Positions 42,401 through 50,418 are shown, counted from the first letter of the stretch. The stretch is DNA of 54,686 nt from a virus (IMGVR_UViG_3300020469_000060:1-54686), one strand, 5' to 3'. Program-made: numbers and translations. The notes: generated from the sequence alone by a model not told the origin.

Positions 42401-45400
42401 AATTTTTGCTTTAGATCATTTGGAAGTGTAATGTATGGATATCTTGTATTTTTGTCAAAGAAATTATATACTGAAGTGTTTCTCTTATAATCACTTTGAT
42501 TTAAATCAAAATCATCTTGATTTGAAATTCTTTCAGTATTAAATTTACTTGGAATTGAATAGTAATTTTCTCCAATTACGTATGGGAAAATAGGTTTCTT
42601 ATAATTTTTAAATACTCCACTACCATCAACAAGATCACTTATAGTGCAAAAATATGCATAGGTTCCATTTGGAAAGTCTGGAGTTATGCAATATCTTCCA
42701 TTATTTTCATCAAGAACACTTTCATCTTCTACTCTATAAAAAGTAAAATCTTCTATAAAATATCCAGAAGCAAAATTAGGAGGTCTATTGTCTTTAAGAG
42801 AAGATTCATCAATATATCCACTCTTCATTCTAGTAACTATGCCACCAGACCTTAAAGAATATCCATAGGGTCCGTAGATGGGATTTCCATCATATGCCCA
42901 TCCAATGATGGGAGAATGATTTTTCGAGTCTAGTTCTGTTCTATTAAAAGGAATATCGTTTGTTCCATATGCCTTATTACCTTCAGAGTCACTTGGAACC
43001 ATTAGTCTTCTCAAATATCTCGGAGCATAAATGTGAGCATATTGAATACCATAATCTTTAGTAAGTGATCGTGTCAATACTCCATCATCTTGTTCAAGTT
43101 TATCTAGATTTTCTTGGAATAAATTTATTTTCCAAGATTGCAATTTGGGTTTCAATTTAGATTGAGAAAGAGATTCTAAAGATACTGCACGAATTGTAGT
43201 ATTATCTGGACTATAACCACGACCACCTTCAATTACGATAATTTTATCAAGTGTACCATCACTTTTAATTGTTGAGGTTAATACGGCACCAGTTCCATCC
43301 CCATCAACAATAATATCTGGAGAAGAAGTAAAATTTTGACCTCTATTCAAAGGAATTGCTTTAGTTATTTGGCCATTGTTAGTAATAACTTTAATTTGAG
43401 AAGATTGTCCAACGGAATAACGAACAACGGGATTTCTTTCAAAATCTACAATATCAGTAACACCATAACCAACTCCACCGTTACTCATATGAATATTATC
43501 AATTAATCCTCTAAATCTTGGTTGAATTTGAGCAACAAAATCTGATCCAATACCAGTTTTTCCAGAAAGAGTAACGGTAATTGGTGGATGATTAAAAGTA
43601 TGAGTACCAACTCCAGATCTAACTAAATTAACATATTCGCCTCTATTCAAAAATATATTCGCAGTATTTCCGACTCCAAGAACAGAAAGTTTGAATGTAT
43701 CTTTGTCTAAAACGGTTGCAATATAATCAGTGTTTATATCAAGACCTGTTAGTGTAGTTTCTGTAGAACCATAATATTGGATTATATCACCAGTGATATA
43801 CCCATGATTAATAGACGTGATCGCATTTTGCGCTGTATTGATGCCTACGTGGGGAGAAGTAGTCTTTCTGTTAGAATACCCCTCACCAGGTTCAATGACA
43901 CTAATAGAGTCTATCTGACGCTTCTTAAGGAGTGCTTTTAAATTATGTCTACCAATACCATTCCCAGTTAAGTCTACGGTGTTAATACCGGCAGCAGCAT
44001 CATTGCGAGTATTGAAAAGTTTTACATGAGTAGAATTTGCAACTCCAACGTAATATGATGCATTGGTCGTCAATCCTACAATTGCTCTTTGATTTGCAGT
44101 CCTATATGTAACTTGTTCGTAGTTCCTAAATTTATGAAATGTAGAAAATCCAATTGTGTTGGTAGTTTTATTAATAATAGTACTATCAAATTCAGCAATA
44201 TGGTCAGACAACTTCATATTTACTGAAGCAGTGGCACCTTTTCCATTGCCACCAGATATTTTAATAGTAGGAGTTCCTTCATAGTCAAATCCTCTACTAA
44301 TAATATTAATAGAATCTAAAGAACCCGTAACTCCAAGAAAACCACTTGCGCCTCTTCCGTTAGAATCTTCAATGATTAAATTTGGTGGATTAATGATATC
44401 AAATTGATTATCTGAAGAGATTACGTCAATACTTTTAACTTCTCCATAGTAAATATTTCTGCTCGACTTGTAGTTTAAAATTTCAACACCATTTGCTAAA
44501 ATTCCAGTCATTCCTGGACGAGTTTTAATAATACTTGAGGATTCCTGTGATGGTACTGGAATTTCTCTTAAAAGTTTCTGGTCCTGTAAAATTTGATCAT
44601 AATAATCATATAATCTAATCTTATTATTTTTTACTGTTGTAGATTCAAACGTAACATATTTTTTAAAGAAAATATTTTCTTTACTAATAGAAAATTTTAA
44701 AGTAGTATCATTAACCTTACTGACATAATAAGCACCAGCATCAAATAATTTAGTTCCCTCAATATTTTCAGTTTGCTTATTTCCATTTATATCATAAAAA
44801 TTTCTTGAAATGACTTCAGAATAATATTGAACTTTATCTCCAGTATTTAATCCATGATTTTTAGTAAATGAAACTTCAGTTCCTTCAAAAGTTCCATTGA
44901 TATCTAAATCAATGGAACCAATAGAGATTCCTTTTGATGGTATGGATGAAGATGCTACTAAAATATTATTATTGGAATCATTATAGACGTTCTGAACGTT
45001 TGAATGGTAATTTTCTATATTTTTAAAATTAGGTGCAATACCCTTTGAAATTCTTTTTCTTATAGTATAGATTTTATTAACATCTAATTCAGAATCTGAT
45101 CTAAGGTCTATTTTAGTATCACTAACAATAGACTTAATTTCAGATCTTATTAATTCCCCAGAATTATCAATTACATCAATAATATCACCATCATGAAAAT
45201 ATTGTTTATTATTTAATTCTAGTGAGTATGTATTATCGGTTAAATCAATTGTAGATATTGACTTAACTGTAAAAGTTATTTTATGATTATAAATCCAACT
45301 ATTAAATTTATAACCTTCACCATTGAAACCAATGGTTTTTACTCTGGATAAGATTCCTTTTTTATTATAAAGAGAACCACTTGGAATATCCGCATAATTA

Positions 45401-46605
45401 ATTATTGAAGAAATATTACCTTCAACACGCTCACCATCTATAGTTGCATATGCAAAAGTATTACTATCTGATACAGATTCTTCTTCCTCAATTTCTTTAA
45501 AGATGAAATCAATATCTCTAAACTGATTAATTGTTTTAGAACCATAGTATAGATTCCCAGATGTTCCGTCACTGTAAGTAACTCTCAAATTGCCAGTTTT
45601 AGCAAAACCAACTGTTGAATCAACATCAAGAATTGTTGAACCTATAGAAACCTTGTTTAATAATCTAGTTTTTGATGTTGTTTTAAAATCCCCATAAATT
45701 GCTCCATCAAATGTAATATCCCTATTATATCCAGCATCAATATCAAGTCTATAATATATTTTTCCACTATCTCCAACTACTCTTTCTGAATATGCAATAG
45801 GTGCATATGATTTTGAAGGTCTATCTTGAAAAATAGTAATATTTTCAATGTTATCAAACTTATCTGCGTTCAGAGTGGGTTCAATTACCAAACTTTCTAC
45901 TTGATCATATTGTGCATCTGAAGGTCTAAAAAGTAACTCTGTAGGATTTATTAGTTCTACATTTACTCCATATAAAGCTTTAAATAAAATTTTAAAAGAT
46001 TCTTCAGTTCCTTTTGATGCATAAAAACTTCTTATCTGCTTAAGAAAGGTATTTTGATTTACTCCATAACTAAGTTCTCTATCATCAAACCCTAATGCAA
46101 GTTCTTTTTTCTTTTTGTTTAAAAATTCGGATAGAAAGAGAACGCTAAGATTTATAATATCATTATTCCGTTTATGTCTTTTAGCATTAGTAGTTTCAAA
46201 TAACACTGAATCTAATTCATTGATATCTGTATACTCACAAACACCACTAAATCCTCTAATACATCCCGTAAAAGTAGTTGCAGTCTTACCAGTATATGTA
46301 ATAATTTCATCTTCAATTTTTAGAAGTCCATATTCATCCGGGAATCCTGAAGTTGAAGATACTGCAATTTCATTATCAGAAGCACTAATATTTTTTTCTA
46401 ACTTAATAGAAGATACTGTATTCGTAAAAGAATCAATTTTATTATATTGATCAATATTATTGATCAAATCAATTGGACCACCTTGATACTCCTGTCCTCT
46501 GTAATACTCTCTTAAAAATTCAGATATCAGAGGAAAATCCGACCTGACATATTCAGGAACTTGATTCTTAACGATTTTGGAAAGTTGAACTCTTTTTTCT
46601 GTCAT
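33424..46605 (-). CDS. gp7: Giant baseplate wedge initiator gp7-like protein
   Basis: 4393 aa between gp6 and gp8; Q.P.YV...FP...FL..YY, FY.SKGT..SFK.LF..LYG and D..YYQ.FSY.LKS...W......H.AG motifs. Confidence 0.85.
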   Translation of the reverse strand: MTEKRVQLSKIVKNQVPEYVRSDFPLISEFLREYYRGQEYQGGPIDLINNIDQYNKIDSFTNTVSSIKLEKNISASDNEIAVSSTSGFPDEYGLLKIEDEIITYTGKTATTFTGCIRGFSGVCEYTDINELDSVLFETTNAKRHKRNNDIINLSVLFLSEFLNKKKKELALGFDDRELSYGVNQNTFLKQIRSFYASKGTEESFKILFKALYGVNVELINPTELLFRPSDAQYDQVESLVIEPTLNADKFDNIENITIFQDRPSKSYAPIAYSERVVGDSGKIYYRLDIDAGYNRDITFDGAIYGDFKTTSKTRLLNKVSIGSTILDVDSTVGFAKTGNLRVTYSDGTSGNLYYGSKTINQFRDIDFIFKEIEEEESVSDSNTFAYATIDGERVEGNISSIINYADIPSGSLYNKKGILSRVKTIGFNGEGYKFNSWIYNHKITFTVKSISTIDLTDNTYSLELNNKQYFHDGDIIDVIDNSGELIRSEIKSIVSDTKIDLRSDSELDVNKIYTIRKRISKGIAPNFKNIENYHSNVQNVYNDSNNNILVASSSIPSKGISIGSIDLDINGTFEGTEVSFTKNHGLNTGDKVQYYSEVISRNFYDINGNKQTENIEGTKLFDAGAYYVSKVNDTTLKFSISKENIFFKKYVTFESTTVKNNKIRLYDYYDQILQDQKLLREIPVPSQESSSIIKTRPGMTGILANGVEILNYKSSRNIYYGEVKSIDVISSDNQFDIINPPNLIIEDSNGRGASGFLGVTGSLDSINIISRGFDYEGTPTIKISGGNGKGATASVNMKLSDHIAEFDSTIINKTTNTIGFSTFHKFRNYEQVTYRTANQRAIVGLTTNASYYVGVANSTHVKLFNTRNDAAAGINTVDLTGNGIGRHNLKALLKKRQIDSISVIEPGEGYSNRKTTSPHVGINTAQNAITSINHGYITGDIIQYYGSTETTLTGLDINTDYIATVLDKDTFKLSVLGVGNTANIFLNRGEYVNLVRSGVGTHTFNHPPITVTLSGKTGIGSDFVAQIQPRFRGLIDNIHMSNGGVGYGVTDIVDFERNPVVRYSVGQSSQIKVITNNGQITKAIPLNRGQNFTSSPDIIVDGDGTGAVLTSTIKSDGTLDKIIVIEGGRGYSPDNTTIRAVSLESLSQSKLKPKLQSWKINLFQENLDKLEQDDGVLTRSLTKDYGIQYAHIYAPRYLRRLMVPSDSEGNKAYGTNDIPFNRTELDSKNHSPIIGWAYDGNPIYGPYGYSLRSGGIVTRMKSGYIDESSLKDNRPPNFASGYFIEDFTFYRVEDESVLDENNGRYCITPDFPNGTYAYFCTISDLVDGSGVFKNYKKPIFPYVIGENYYSIPSKFNTERISNQDDFDLNQSDYKRNTSVYNFFDKNTRYPYITLPNDLKQKLTTNTVRRGKVDSVKILSGGDLYKVNDRLVFDQTKSGGSGIAARVSFIEGKKISSIACSTVYNNIDLYPSTKKGEFIAIGTSPHDYSDKDIVTLSNFSTVKSPYKGSYTVTVPATECTLVGLGTTTYALDIIGNSGSPAYLYVNNTNFDKIRENDILQISDEKVKVLNVEKQSGRLRILRGIDGTSSPIHLVGTAATILQNKFLFNSDYDNSFKFKLNREIYFNPVESVGLSPSISNPGLGVTISFANPGTGATNVFVLPQKIYIKDHNLQTGDIVKYNKNRSDAVSISYEDTTTSIGFGSDFIDDRSYYVAKFNKDFIGISTVKVGIGSTGTFVGVAASTNNIGLVYFVGAGNSSYHSFTTQYPKITANVVSNKVTVSTATTHGLSSGHRIVFDIKPKIEKTVVVKYDDYNRNIIINPKTFEPLGIDTITGIVNIEDHGFSTGDKLIHTSDKALAAFNHNTAYYSVKIDKDNFKLSETLYNSQLEQPITVVGIATTTGTLSPVNPKIDVEGYSIVKFDLSDESLKYTYFQNDYPAFDLDFYEDNTFTKPWTKNSTDTEFKVIKTGRVGQDSTIILNVDDTTPKELYYNLLPKYTPGVPLQESKKGVYLDKSVSGAGSITIMDSAYSGSHKVTVSTATSFTYSLSKVPENDLYTSDNASLSYITDCTHTDGSITEIEMLNTGENYKVLPGLTTVTTTNGFGSVLELQSSDIGKIEDIEITDYGYDFPSDQTLNPIFFYSQSLRITPFTSIESIGISSLGRGYLDAKNLIVVDGITGKIVEDIDLRFNSKESKVEILKNTYGMNNVLPKIYPIKSGAGVPVDVGPLSNGMVYDPTTRTVAATIKTEYSTGDYYPFVVGEKLMVEGCNPGIGSSERGFNSYEYNYDLFTITAVDPNIGGAAGVVTFSIGDQLGTGLSVIEFDKIASTPRLLPQRDFPIFTVDIKQNKFIVDEIIKSGNKTAIVEDWDEEYSILKINSTDEFIANEKITGVTSKSRGLIDENIFPFKAYGKYGSTIKRDKGWKQIAGFLNNDLQRIPDNDYYQNFSYSLKSTVPLQKWNDPISAMTHVAGYKKFANYQLESYQNQSSFTTSPTKGSSYVNLIKDIVGVMDINCVNDFDLVREDYAELGDDLISTNIIFESRFISSFDEAIGNRVLAIDDISPYFNHRPRTEEYVDLDVFNLDSHRFLRYIVLARDKRFTSERQVSIFDVIHDDNYSYSNEYGITNTTDKTLGSLDFGISAGQGFVRFYPVDEKVDFNDFNISYISYKIDDEFAGIGNSSFGDIAVINTSSTKFNSVGTGVTIVSIGSTYNALSVMVSINPDSGSQNEEFAFTQLNLLHNGTEVYNHGDDGFGQLFTTLGSSPDNVGYGTFWQYLDNNNIIVEFIPNAGIGTTAVINTIQVGLAQTATTGISTYNMNHAKLEARSTNIPSSASPGINTISGYRFIENSEEYHATKLYVNVSDKTNNEHESLEIIVVETIDAVGVSSESYIVEFAGLRTSSGLGTFGAEIDSTGFGLNVHFTPNANIETEVNVLAHHLKSASSDDVDTHLDFTNGVITGDRDDYIGTFNAVKTDFDLTHDKQDIFEFWFDGGNVGVVSVTDNIIKLPNHFFISGEKVSYFRNDINDKSSAIGIAQTFITGVGQTTLLPNDGENLFVIKVDDDTIGLATSPQAALLPTPTFIDFTTVGSGTSHRLLTTDQNSRVIVTLDNFIQSPIVSTAITSSLRVTALSTTDILEFVGVTSFFGGDDIKINDELMKITGVGVAGSETRISVRRARLGTRFLNHPAGSLITKISGNYNITNSTISFSEAPYGLEPVSDPNVSSEIDWQGVAKGSTFSGRSYMRGKITSATTDTYTNNHVFQDISDRFNAINSIFEIRDDDGVPITGIATNNAVMLVNGVFQLPGVTVDEDYRLDEVAGITSAIFTGNPKILSEDVGISSFPVAGIIQSIGSSEGFGYQPLVSAAATVSISGLGTVISFNFTGTGTNSSIGNTGSGYRNNEFLEILTETNHIVSAGTTEIFIDNQNSVFGILNEVYDGTNTYIGIGTIKKASLSKVASIGVGNTSVNLTIGNPTLLDIPSGTQVSIGVTLPYGIVNVSAATSNISSGAVSGLTYNVLDADYDGTTGILSLTIPIDHELNQGDYITINDNSLRFTCSSDNNTRVKTYPRPNLDTNSWNRPLRLEDVSGENIQTFVGFSTFVYFNISDATYDHNTGDLELTIGSHNLVVDRGISLETDSLTFTCAQDSHGSNHTYPRATDPAANTTLDISAVTATTITVNVGTNPATVSAGIHTFVSATSNAVRTGGQYTHTFVSSDEGAIVSTATTSIQHIGFTTVITGTGNISTSVNITNPGFNLNIGIGSDTVLPDIIFDEPLPYSNIPLVYSDENTLTGVGTQARVNVVVGNGSSVVSFEFTNTGYAYGNGDILTIPIGGQTGIPTTGSSNFEEFKLTIDKTFDDNFNGWSLGELEVLDNVNAYIDSKRKLFPLIRNGERISIIASRGSKIDPAQLLLVFLNNILQVPGESYLFAGGNRIRFTEAPRVGDFLRIVFYKGNGAGTDVVTKEVIETVKIGDDLRIKSNDIRLNEDPRIVNDIVTTDTVETFPYYGPGNTSDVELTRPVDWCRQTEDRIIDGLVVSKSRKFYEPNILPSANLIKSVGIGSTVFHLDTARPVFNQNNENTTSLLFQDKIKIHQLVEKQSATATATVSAAGTVSSVAITNGGKGYVNIPNVSIASITGVGIGTTTTASASATITNGVVTGITITNAGGVGYSTLSTPKVLISPPESENFEECNVYYPGGYRGDSGTVVGFATTAIGADTFALFDLYIPANDVVFGLNSFTVAENGTTHKYTPGIGITITQIDVGDAFILYNSNIGSATTSITSYDGEGNVLGISTSYLDGVYEPVEVSTISKVIGGIGTAVVRVRAKVDNPPVGFDFDANFNGTTGMTTSNYQGSYSWGRISVETRQTAIGYSAYNMQGIGGISTSPNILRSEPLRFVNYG

Positions 46606-46618
46606 TTTAATTTAAGTA

Positions 46619-48802
46619 TTAGTATCCGCTGCTGTAACCACCGCCACCTGAAGAACCGGAAGAACCGGAAGAAGAAGATGAGGAGGAAGAAGATGATGAA
46701 GAAGATGATGATGACGAATATGACGAAGACGAGGAAGGTGTTGGTGTTTGAGACGGCGTATTCGCCTGCTGTGTGGCAGATGTAGGCGAAATACCAGTAT
46801 TATATACACTTGTAGCAGTTGCTCTAGTACCTGCCCTTGCTCGCGCTTCTGCGAGGGGAGTTGTACCTGCTCTTCCTCCAGATCTGACTAAGTTACCAGT
46901 TGCATAACTGGAAGATGTTATGTATGTAGATGCGGAAGAGTCAACACCTGAAGAAATATCATCAACTACCATATCAAAAGTGCTGTTTCCAATATCTAAT
47001 TGCAAATATAGGTCTTGAAGACCAATTACATCATTAGATTTAGGTGCTGCTGATATTTCAATAACAGGTTGTCCATCAACTATTTTTCCTGAAGTTACAT
47101 TTACAGGATTCAATGTTACAACACCGTTAGCATAGTCAATTGTTCCTACGTTTCTTTTCACGATACTGGGATTTTGAGAAGTTAGCGTTGGAACAGTAAA
47201 AAAGAACAAATCTCCAGTTAAATTATCAAAATTTGGAACATCTCCCAGATATAAAGTCTCTTGAATTCCACTAACAGTAAAACCAGATGATTTTATGTTG
47301 TATCCTTCAAGACTCTTTATATGGAACTGATTACCAAAACCAATAGAGTATTCAGCAAAAGTGTTTAAGACAACTCTCAAATCTCTTCGTATACTGATAT
47401 TAGTTATATTAGATGTAATTGCTTGATTACTGTCATCAATAATTCTTTGAAATCTGGAATATTTAAATCTTGCACCATATCTATTTAATTCTGTCGATTC
47501 TGCATATTTTTGAACATTATTCTGTACAATTGAGGAAACCCGCTGAGAAGAAGGAGTTAAATTTGAGTTATAGTAAACTTTTGAATCAATTTCAACATAA
47601 AGATACTTAAGATCAAGAATTTCTGTAACAATTCCTGCTACAGAGTATTTTTTTAGTTTTTGTTTAATGTTTTCTTTAATTAAATTTGGTAAAAAGTCTC
47701 CAAATTTAGGTTTTATGCTAATAAAAACTTTTCCATATTGAGGAGGTACTAATTCTTCTCCTCCAAACACAGAAATAGATTCTGTTTCAGGATAAATTTT
47801 TGATGGAATTAAAGTTTCATAATCTAAAGATGTAACTGCTCTATTTTGGGTCGTAAATGATCTTGGAGCAAATTTTTTGATAGATTCTACACTTTCGATA
47901 TTTTCTCCACCAGAAGAAGAGATGCCAGTCGTTAATAATGAAACTCCATCGGTTACAGTATACTCTGTTGCATTCCTCTGATACGTAATTCGACCATTAA
48001 ATGTAAAATTACTGACTCCATTAGCACTATCACCATTAGATCTGATATAATTTACCGTTACAATGTTGCCATCATTTAATTTATACCCAAAAACACCATC
48101 TCCAAACAAAATTTCATACCGTTCATCTTCTACTTCTTGTAAAAAGTATACTTTTGCAAATCTATTAGACCCAAATAAGTTATCTTGCCTAGAATAACGT
48201 GCTGCCGCCGTTGCAGTTTCACTATCTCTAACAAAAACTGACATTAAATCAGTGTCAATACCAGAATTTGGTAAAATAAACTTTTGATTATAGTCTCTAG
48301 AATTAATAGTGAAGTTTTGAGTGATTAGTGGACCTTCATAAATTGGAATATTATTAAAAATAGCAATTCCATTTGCAACAGGAACTGTAATATCATCAAT
48401 AATCGAGAAAATAAACGAAGAATTTGCAAAAGTTCCCTGAGAAGTCGCAATTGGTCCCTTTTTGAGGGTCAAAGAAATAGGTGCAGGTGATACTGTTGAT
48501 ACATCAACGAAAAAACTAACCGTTGCTCTTGCAGATTTTCGTGATTTTGGCAAATAACCAATATTTCGTGCAATCGAAACTACATTTTCTCGTAATGTTG
48601 CACTGTCAAGGAATACTTCATTAGCAACCATATTGGCATTATATGAAGTAATGTATGTGTTATACGCTAAAACATCAAGAATGGTCGATAGGTTAGATCC
48701 CTCAAAGTCATAATCCGTAAAATTGGAATTTGACTGAAGATAATCTTTGAGTGATTGTTTAACCTGATCGAAATCTAGGTTTGAAAAGTTTGATAACGGC
48801 AT
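46619..48802 (-). CDS. gp6: Baseplate wedge subunit gp6
   Basis: LDFD..K..LK.YL...FTDYDFEGS....LDVLAYNT, FLDSA.LR..VVS.A, FGDG..G and QNRAVT..DY motifs. Confidence 0.97.
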   Translation of the reverse strand: MPLSNFSNLDFDQVKQSLKDYLQSNSNFTDYDFEGSNLSTILDVLAYNTYITSYNANMVANEVFLDSATLRENVVSIARNIGYLPKSRKSARATVSFFVDVSTVSPAPISLTLKKGPIATSQGTFANSSFIFSIIDDITVPVANGIAIFNNIPIYEGPLITQNFTINSRDYNQKFILPNSGIDTDLMSVFVRDSETATAAARYSRQDNLFGSNRFAKVYFLQEVEDERYEILFGDGVFGYKLNDGNIVTVNYIRSNGDSANGVSNFTFNGRITYQRNATEYTVTDGVSLLTTGISSSGGENIESVESIKKFAPRSFTTQNRAVTSLDYETLIPSKIYPETESISVFGGEELVPPQYGKVFISIKPKFGDFLPNLIKENIKQKLKKYSVAGIVTEILDLKYLYVEIDSKVYYNSNLTPSSQRVSSIVQNNVQKYAESTELNRYGARFKYSRFQRIIDDSNQAITSNITNISIRRDLRVVLNTFAEYSIGFGNQFHIKSLEGYNIKSSGFTVSGIQETLYLGDVPNFDNLTGDLFFFTVPTLTSQNPSIVKRNVGTIDYANGVVTLNPVNVTSGKIVDGQPVIEISAAPKSNDVIGLQDLYLQLDIGNSTFDMVVDDISSGVDSSASTYITSSSYATGNLVRSGGRAGTTPLAEARARAGTRATATSVYNTGISPTSATQQANTPSQTPTPSSSSSYSSSSSSSSSSSSSSSSSGSSGSSGGGGYSSGY
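46628..46740 (-). repeat. Low-complexity TCN trinucleotide tract encoding a poly-Ser/Gly tail of gp6
   Basis: Plus strand gaa/gat/gag runs; translation SSSSSYSSSS...SGSSGSSGGGGYSSGY. Confidence 0.85.
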
Positions 48803-48803
48803 T

Positions 48804-49205
48804 TTACCTAGTTGGTTGCAAAATAAATTTTATCTGTTGAGCTTCTATGTTACCACCAATGATGTCATAGACAATTTCTACATCATATCCATTATTTTCA
48901 AAGTCAGGTTCAACTCTTACGTTTCTAAGATTAATTCTTTGTTCGTAAGTTTCTAATGAATATTGAATTTGGTCCTTAATTGCTGATGCAGAAATATCGT
49001 CTAACAATTCAAAAAGAGAATCTGAAATTTTTGTTCCAAAATTGGGATCAAAAAACTTCTCTCCGGGTGATGTTAGAATAATATTTCTTACTGAACGTGC
49101 AATTGCATTTTCATTTTTAAGGGCAATCAGGTCATTAGACAGGGGATTAACCTGAAATGACATACTAATATCTTTAAACCCTTTACTAACCCTTTCTAAA
49201 GGCAC
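48804..49205 (-). CDS. gp25: Baseplate wedge subunit gp25
   Basis: FKDI...F..NP..ND, AI.RSV.N...T..GE..F.P.FG and L..YE.RI motifs; GTG start. Confidence 0.95.
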   Translation of the reverse strand: MPLERVSKGFKDISMSFQVNPLSNDLIALKNENAIARSVRNIILTSPGEKFFDPNFGTKISDSLFELLDDISASAIKDQIQYSLETYEQRINLRNVRVEPDFENNGYDVEIVYDIIGGNIEAQQIKFILQPTR

Positions 49206-49226
49206 TCTAGTACAGCAATTATGAGT

Positions 49227-49234
49227 TATTTATT
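49227..49234 (-). promoter_or_regulatory. Late promoter AATAAATA for gp25-gp6-gp7
   Basis: NATAAATA in the intergenic region. Confidence 0.7.
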
Positions 49235-49249
49235 AGAGATATTTTATTA

Positions 49250-49417
49250 TTATGACCAACGATCATGAACCTCTTGAAGTTTTTGCTCCATTGCACGCTT
49301 TTCTCTCACTTTTTTTAAATGTTTTTCACTTTCGACCTCTGTAATCAAGGTCATTCCATCCTGAATGAATGAATTTCCCTTATCTACAGAACCGTCGAGA
49401 TGTTGTGGATGACTCAT
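49250..49417 (-). CDS. 55-aa hypothetical protein (not in ORF track)
   Basis: MSHPQHLDGSVDKGNSFIQDGMTLITEVESEKHLKKVREKRAMEQKLQEVHDRWS; preceded by AATAAATA at 49433-49440. Confidence 0.7.
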   Translation of the reverse strand: MSHPQHLDGSVDKGNSFIQDGMTLITEVESEKHLKKVREKRAMEQKLQEVHDRWS

Positions 49418-49435
49418 AATACGTTTTTTACTTAT

Positions 49436-50155
49436 TTATTCTTGATTTGATGAGATATCTTTAAATTTTATACTAAAACCATCGGCATTAACCGCAGTTT
49501 CCCGTTCTTTTGCTGTTTTCCAGAAATATTCGTCCTCACGTCCCATACCAAGTCTGTCATTTCCATTCTCAACTTGATAATATTGAGTTGATACCTTGAA
49601 ATCTGGCATCTTGGGGTCAACAGGAGTTAGGCTGTTGTCGAAAATACGTAATCTATTGTTTGGATATAGTGCATATTGACCATTTTCAAGTTCAATTAGA
49701 TTATGTGATTTGTGTTCTGCAGGATTTTCACTAGTTGCATAGTCAACATAGTCAGGATCATGATGATAATTGTCAATAGTGCAAATATATGTCCCTTTTA
49801 CATTACCATGGTCGCGAGTATAACACTCAAAGTCCATACTTCCAATAAATTTCTTATCCACCGATACAACCCCGTAGTCCATACAATTCCAGAATTGTAG
49901 GTTAGGTAGACTCATATCAGGATTAGGCGTCTCAGGGTCGCTTACAAACGCGCTGATGGGCAACTTATCGTACATTGCCGCATACTCTGGTAGATAAGTC
50001 TCAAAATAAAATGCACGACCAGGTATTGACTTAACTGATACCCATACACCCTTTACAAATTCACCCCATCCACTCTGATGGTCAGTAAGATATTCTTTAC
50101 GTACCCATACTTCTATAGATGGAAGATTAGCAATTAAACACGCCATAATTATCAA
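49436..50155 (-). CDS. Conserved cyanophage hypothetical protein
   Basis: 239 aa; NLP...WVRKEYL, LPISAF, LQFWNC and G..ALYPNNR motifs. Likely start is the second Met (MACL). Confidence 0.85.
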   Translation of the reverse strand: MIIMACLIANLPSIEVWVRKEYLTDHQSGWGEFVKGVWVSVKSIPGRAFYFETYLPEYAAMYDKLPISAFVSDPETPNPDMSLPNLQFWNCMDYGVVSVDKKFIGSMDFECYTRDHGNVKGTYICTIDNYHHDPDYVDYATSENPAEHKSHNLIELENGQYALYPNNRLRIFDNSLTPVDPKMPDFKVSTQYYQVENGNDRLGMGREDEYFWKTAKERETAVNADGFSIKFKDISSNQE

Positions 50156-50178
50156 GTTATATTTCTTTATCTAGGCAC

Positions 50179-50203
50179 AAAAAAAGGGACTCGTAGGTCC
50201 CCT
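50179..50203 (-). terminator. Rho-independent terminator
   Basis: Minus strand GGGAC-CTACGA-GTCCC followed by seven Ts, just after the 45-aa ORF. Confidence 0.8.
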
Positions 50204-50209
50204 TCTATA

Positions 50210-50347
50210 TTATCGCTTGCCTTGTCCACGATAACGCTTCTTAGCACCATTACGACTCGTAGCACTTATCAGAGTGTTCTGAGAATTACCTTGACGAGTC
50301 TTTTTCGGTTTACCTGGAATGTAATTTCCATCTTTTAGCATTGCCAT
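50210..50347 (-). CDS. 45-aa very basic peptide (not in ORF track)
   Basis: MAMLKDGNYIPGKPKKTRQGNSQNTLISATSRNGAKKRYRGQGKR; AAAGGAG Shine-Dalgarno, own promoter and terminator. Confidence 0.8.
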   Translation of the reverse strand: MAMLKDGNYIPGKPKKTRQGNSQNTLISATSRNGAKKRYRGQGKR

Positions 50348-50389
50348 AATTAAAATCTCCTTTGACTAGCATTTTTATTTCCCATAACC

Positions 50390-50418
50390 ATCATACCCGA
50401 GACGAGCAGGACGGTCAA
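50390..50418 (-). promoter_or_regulatory. Sigma70-type promoter
   Basis: TTGACC-17 nt-TATGAT. Confidence 0.75.

Noticed and set aside
85-46450. Remaining plus-strand and nested ORFs inside gp46, gp47, uvsW, gp21, gp20, gp19, gp18, gp17, gp15, gp14, gp8, gp7 and the 2503-aa gene
   Set aside because: Fully contained in well-supported minus-strand genes, with antisense-type composition.
33424-46605. Diversity-generating retroelement or invertible segment acting on the giant structural genes
   Set aside because: No reverse transcriptase or invertase in the window and no near-identical nucleotide repeat pair noticed; the repeats are diverged and visible only at protein level.
46561-46809. Poly-His ORF (46612..46809 -) and Lys/Met-rich ORF (46561..46785 +)
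   Set aside because: Alternative-frame readings of the gp6 poly-Ser tract.
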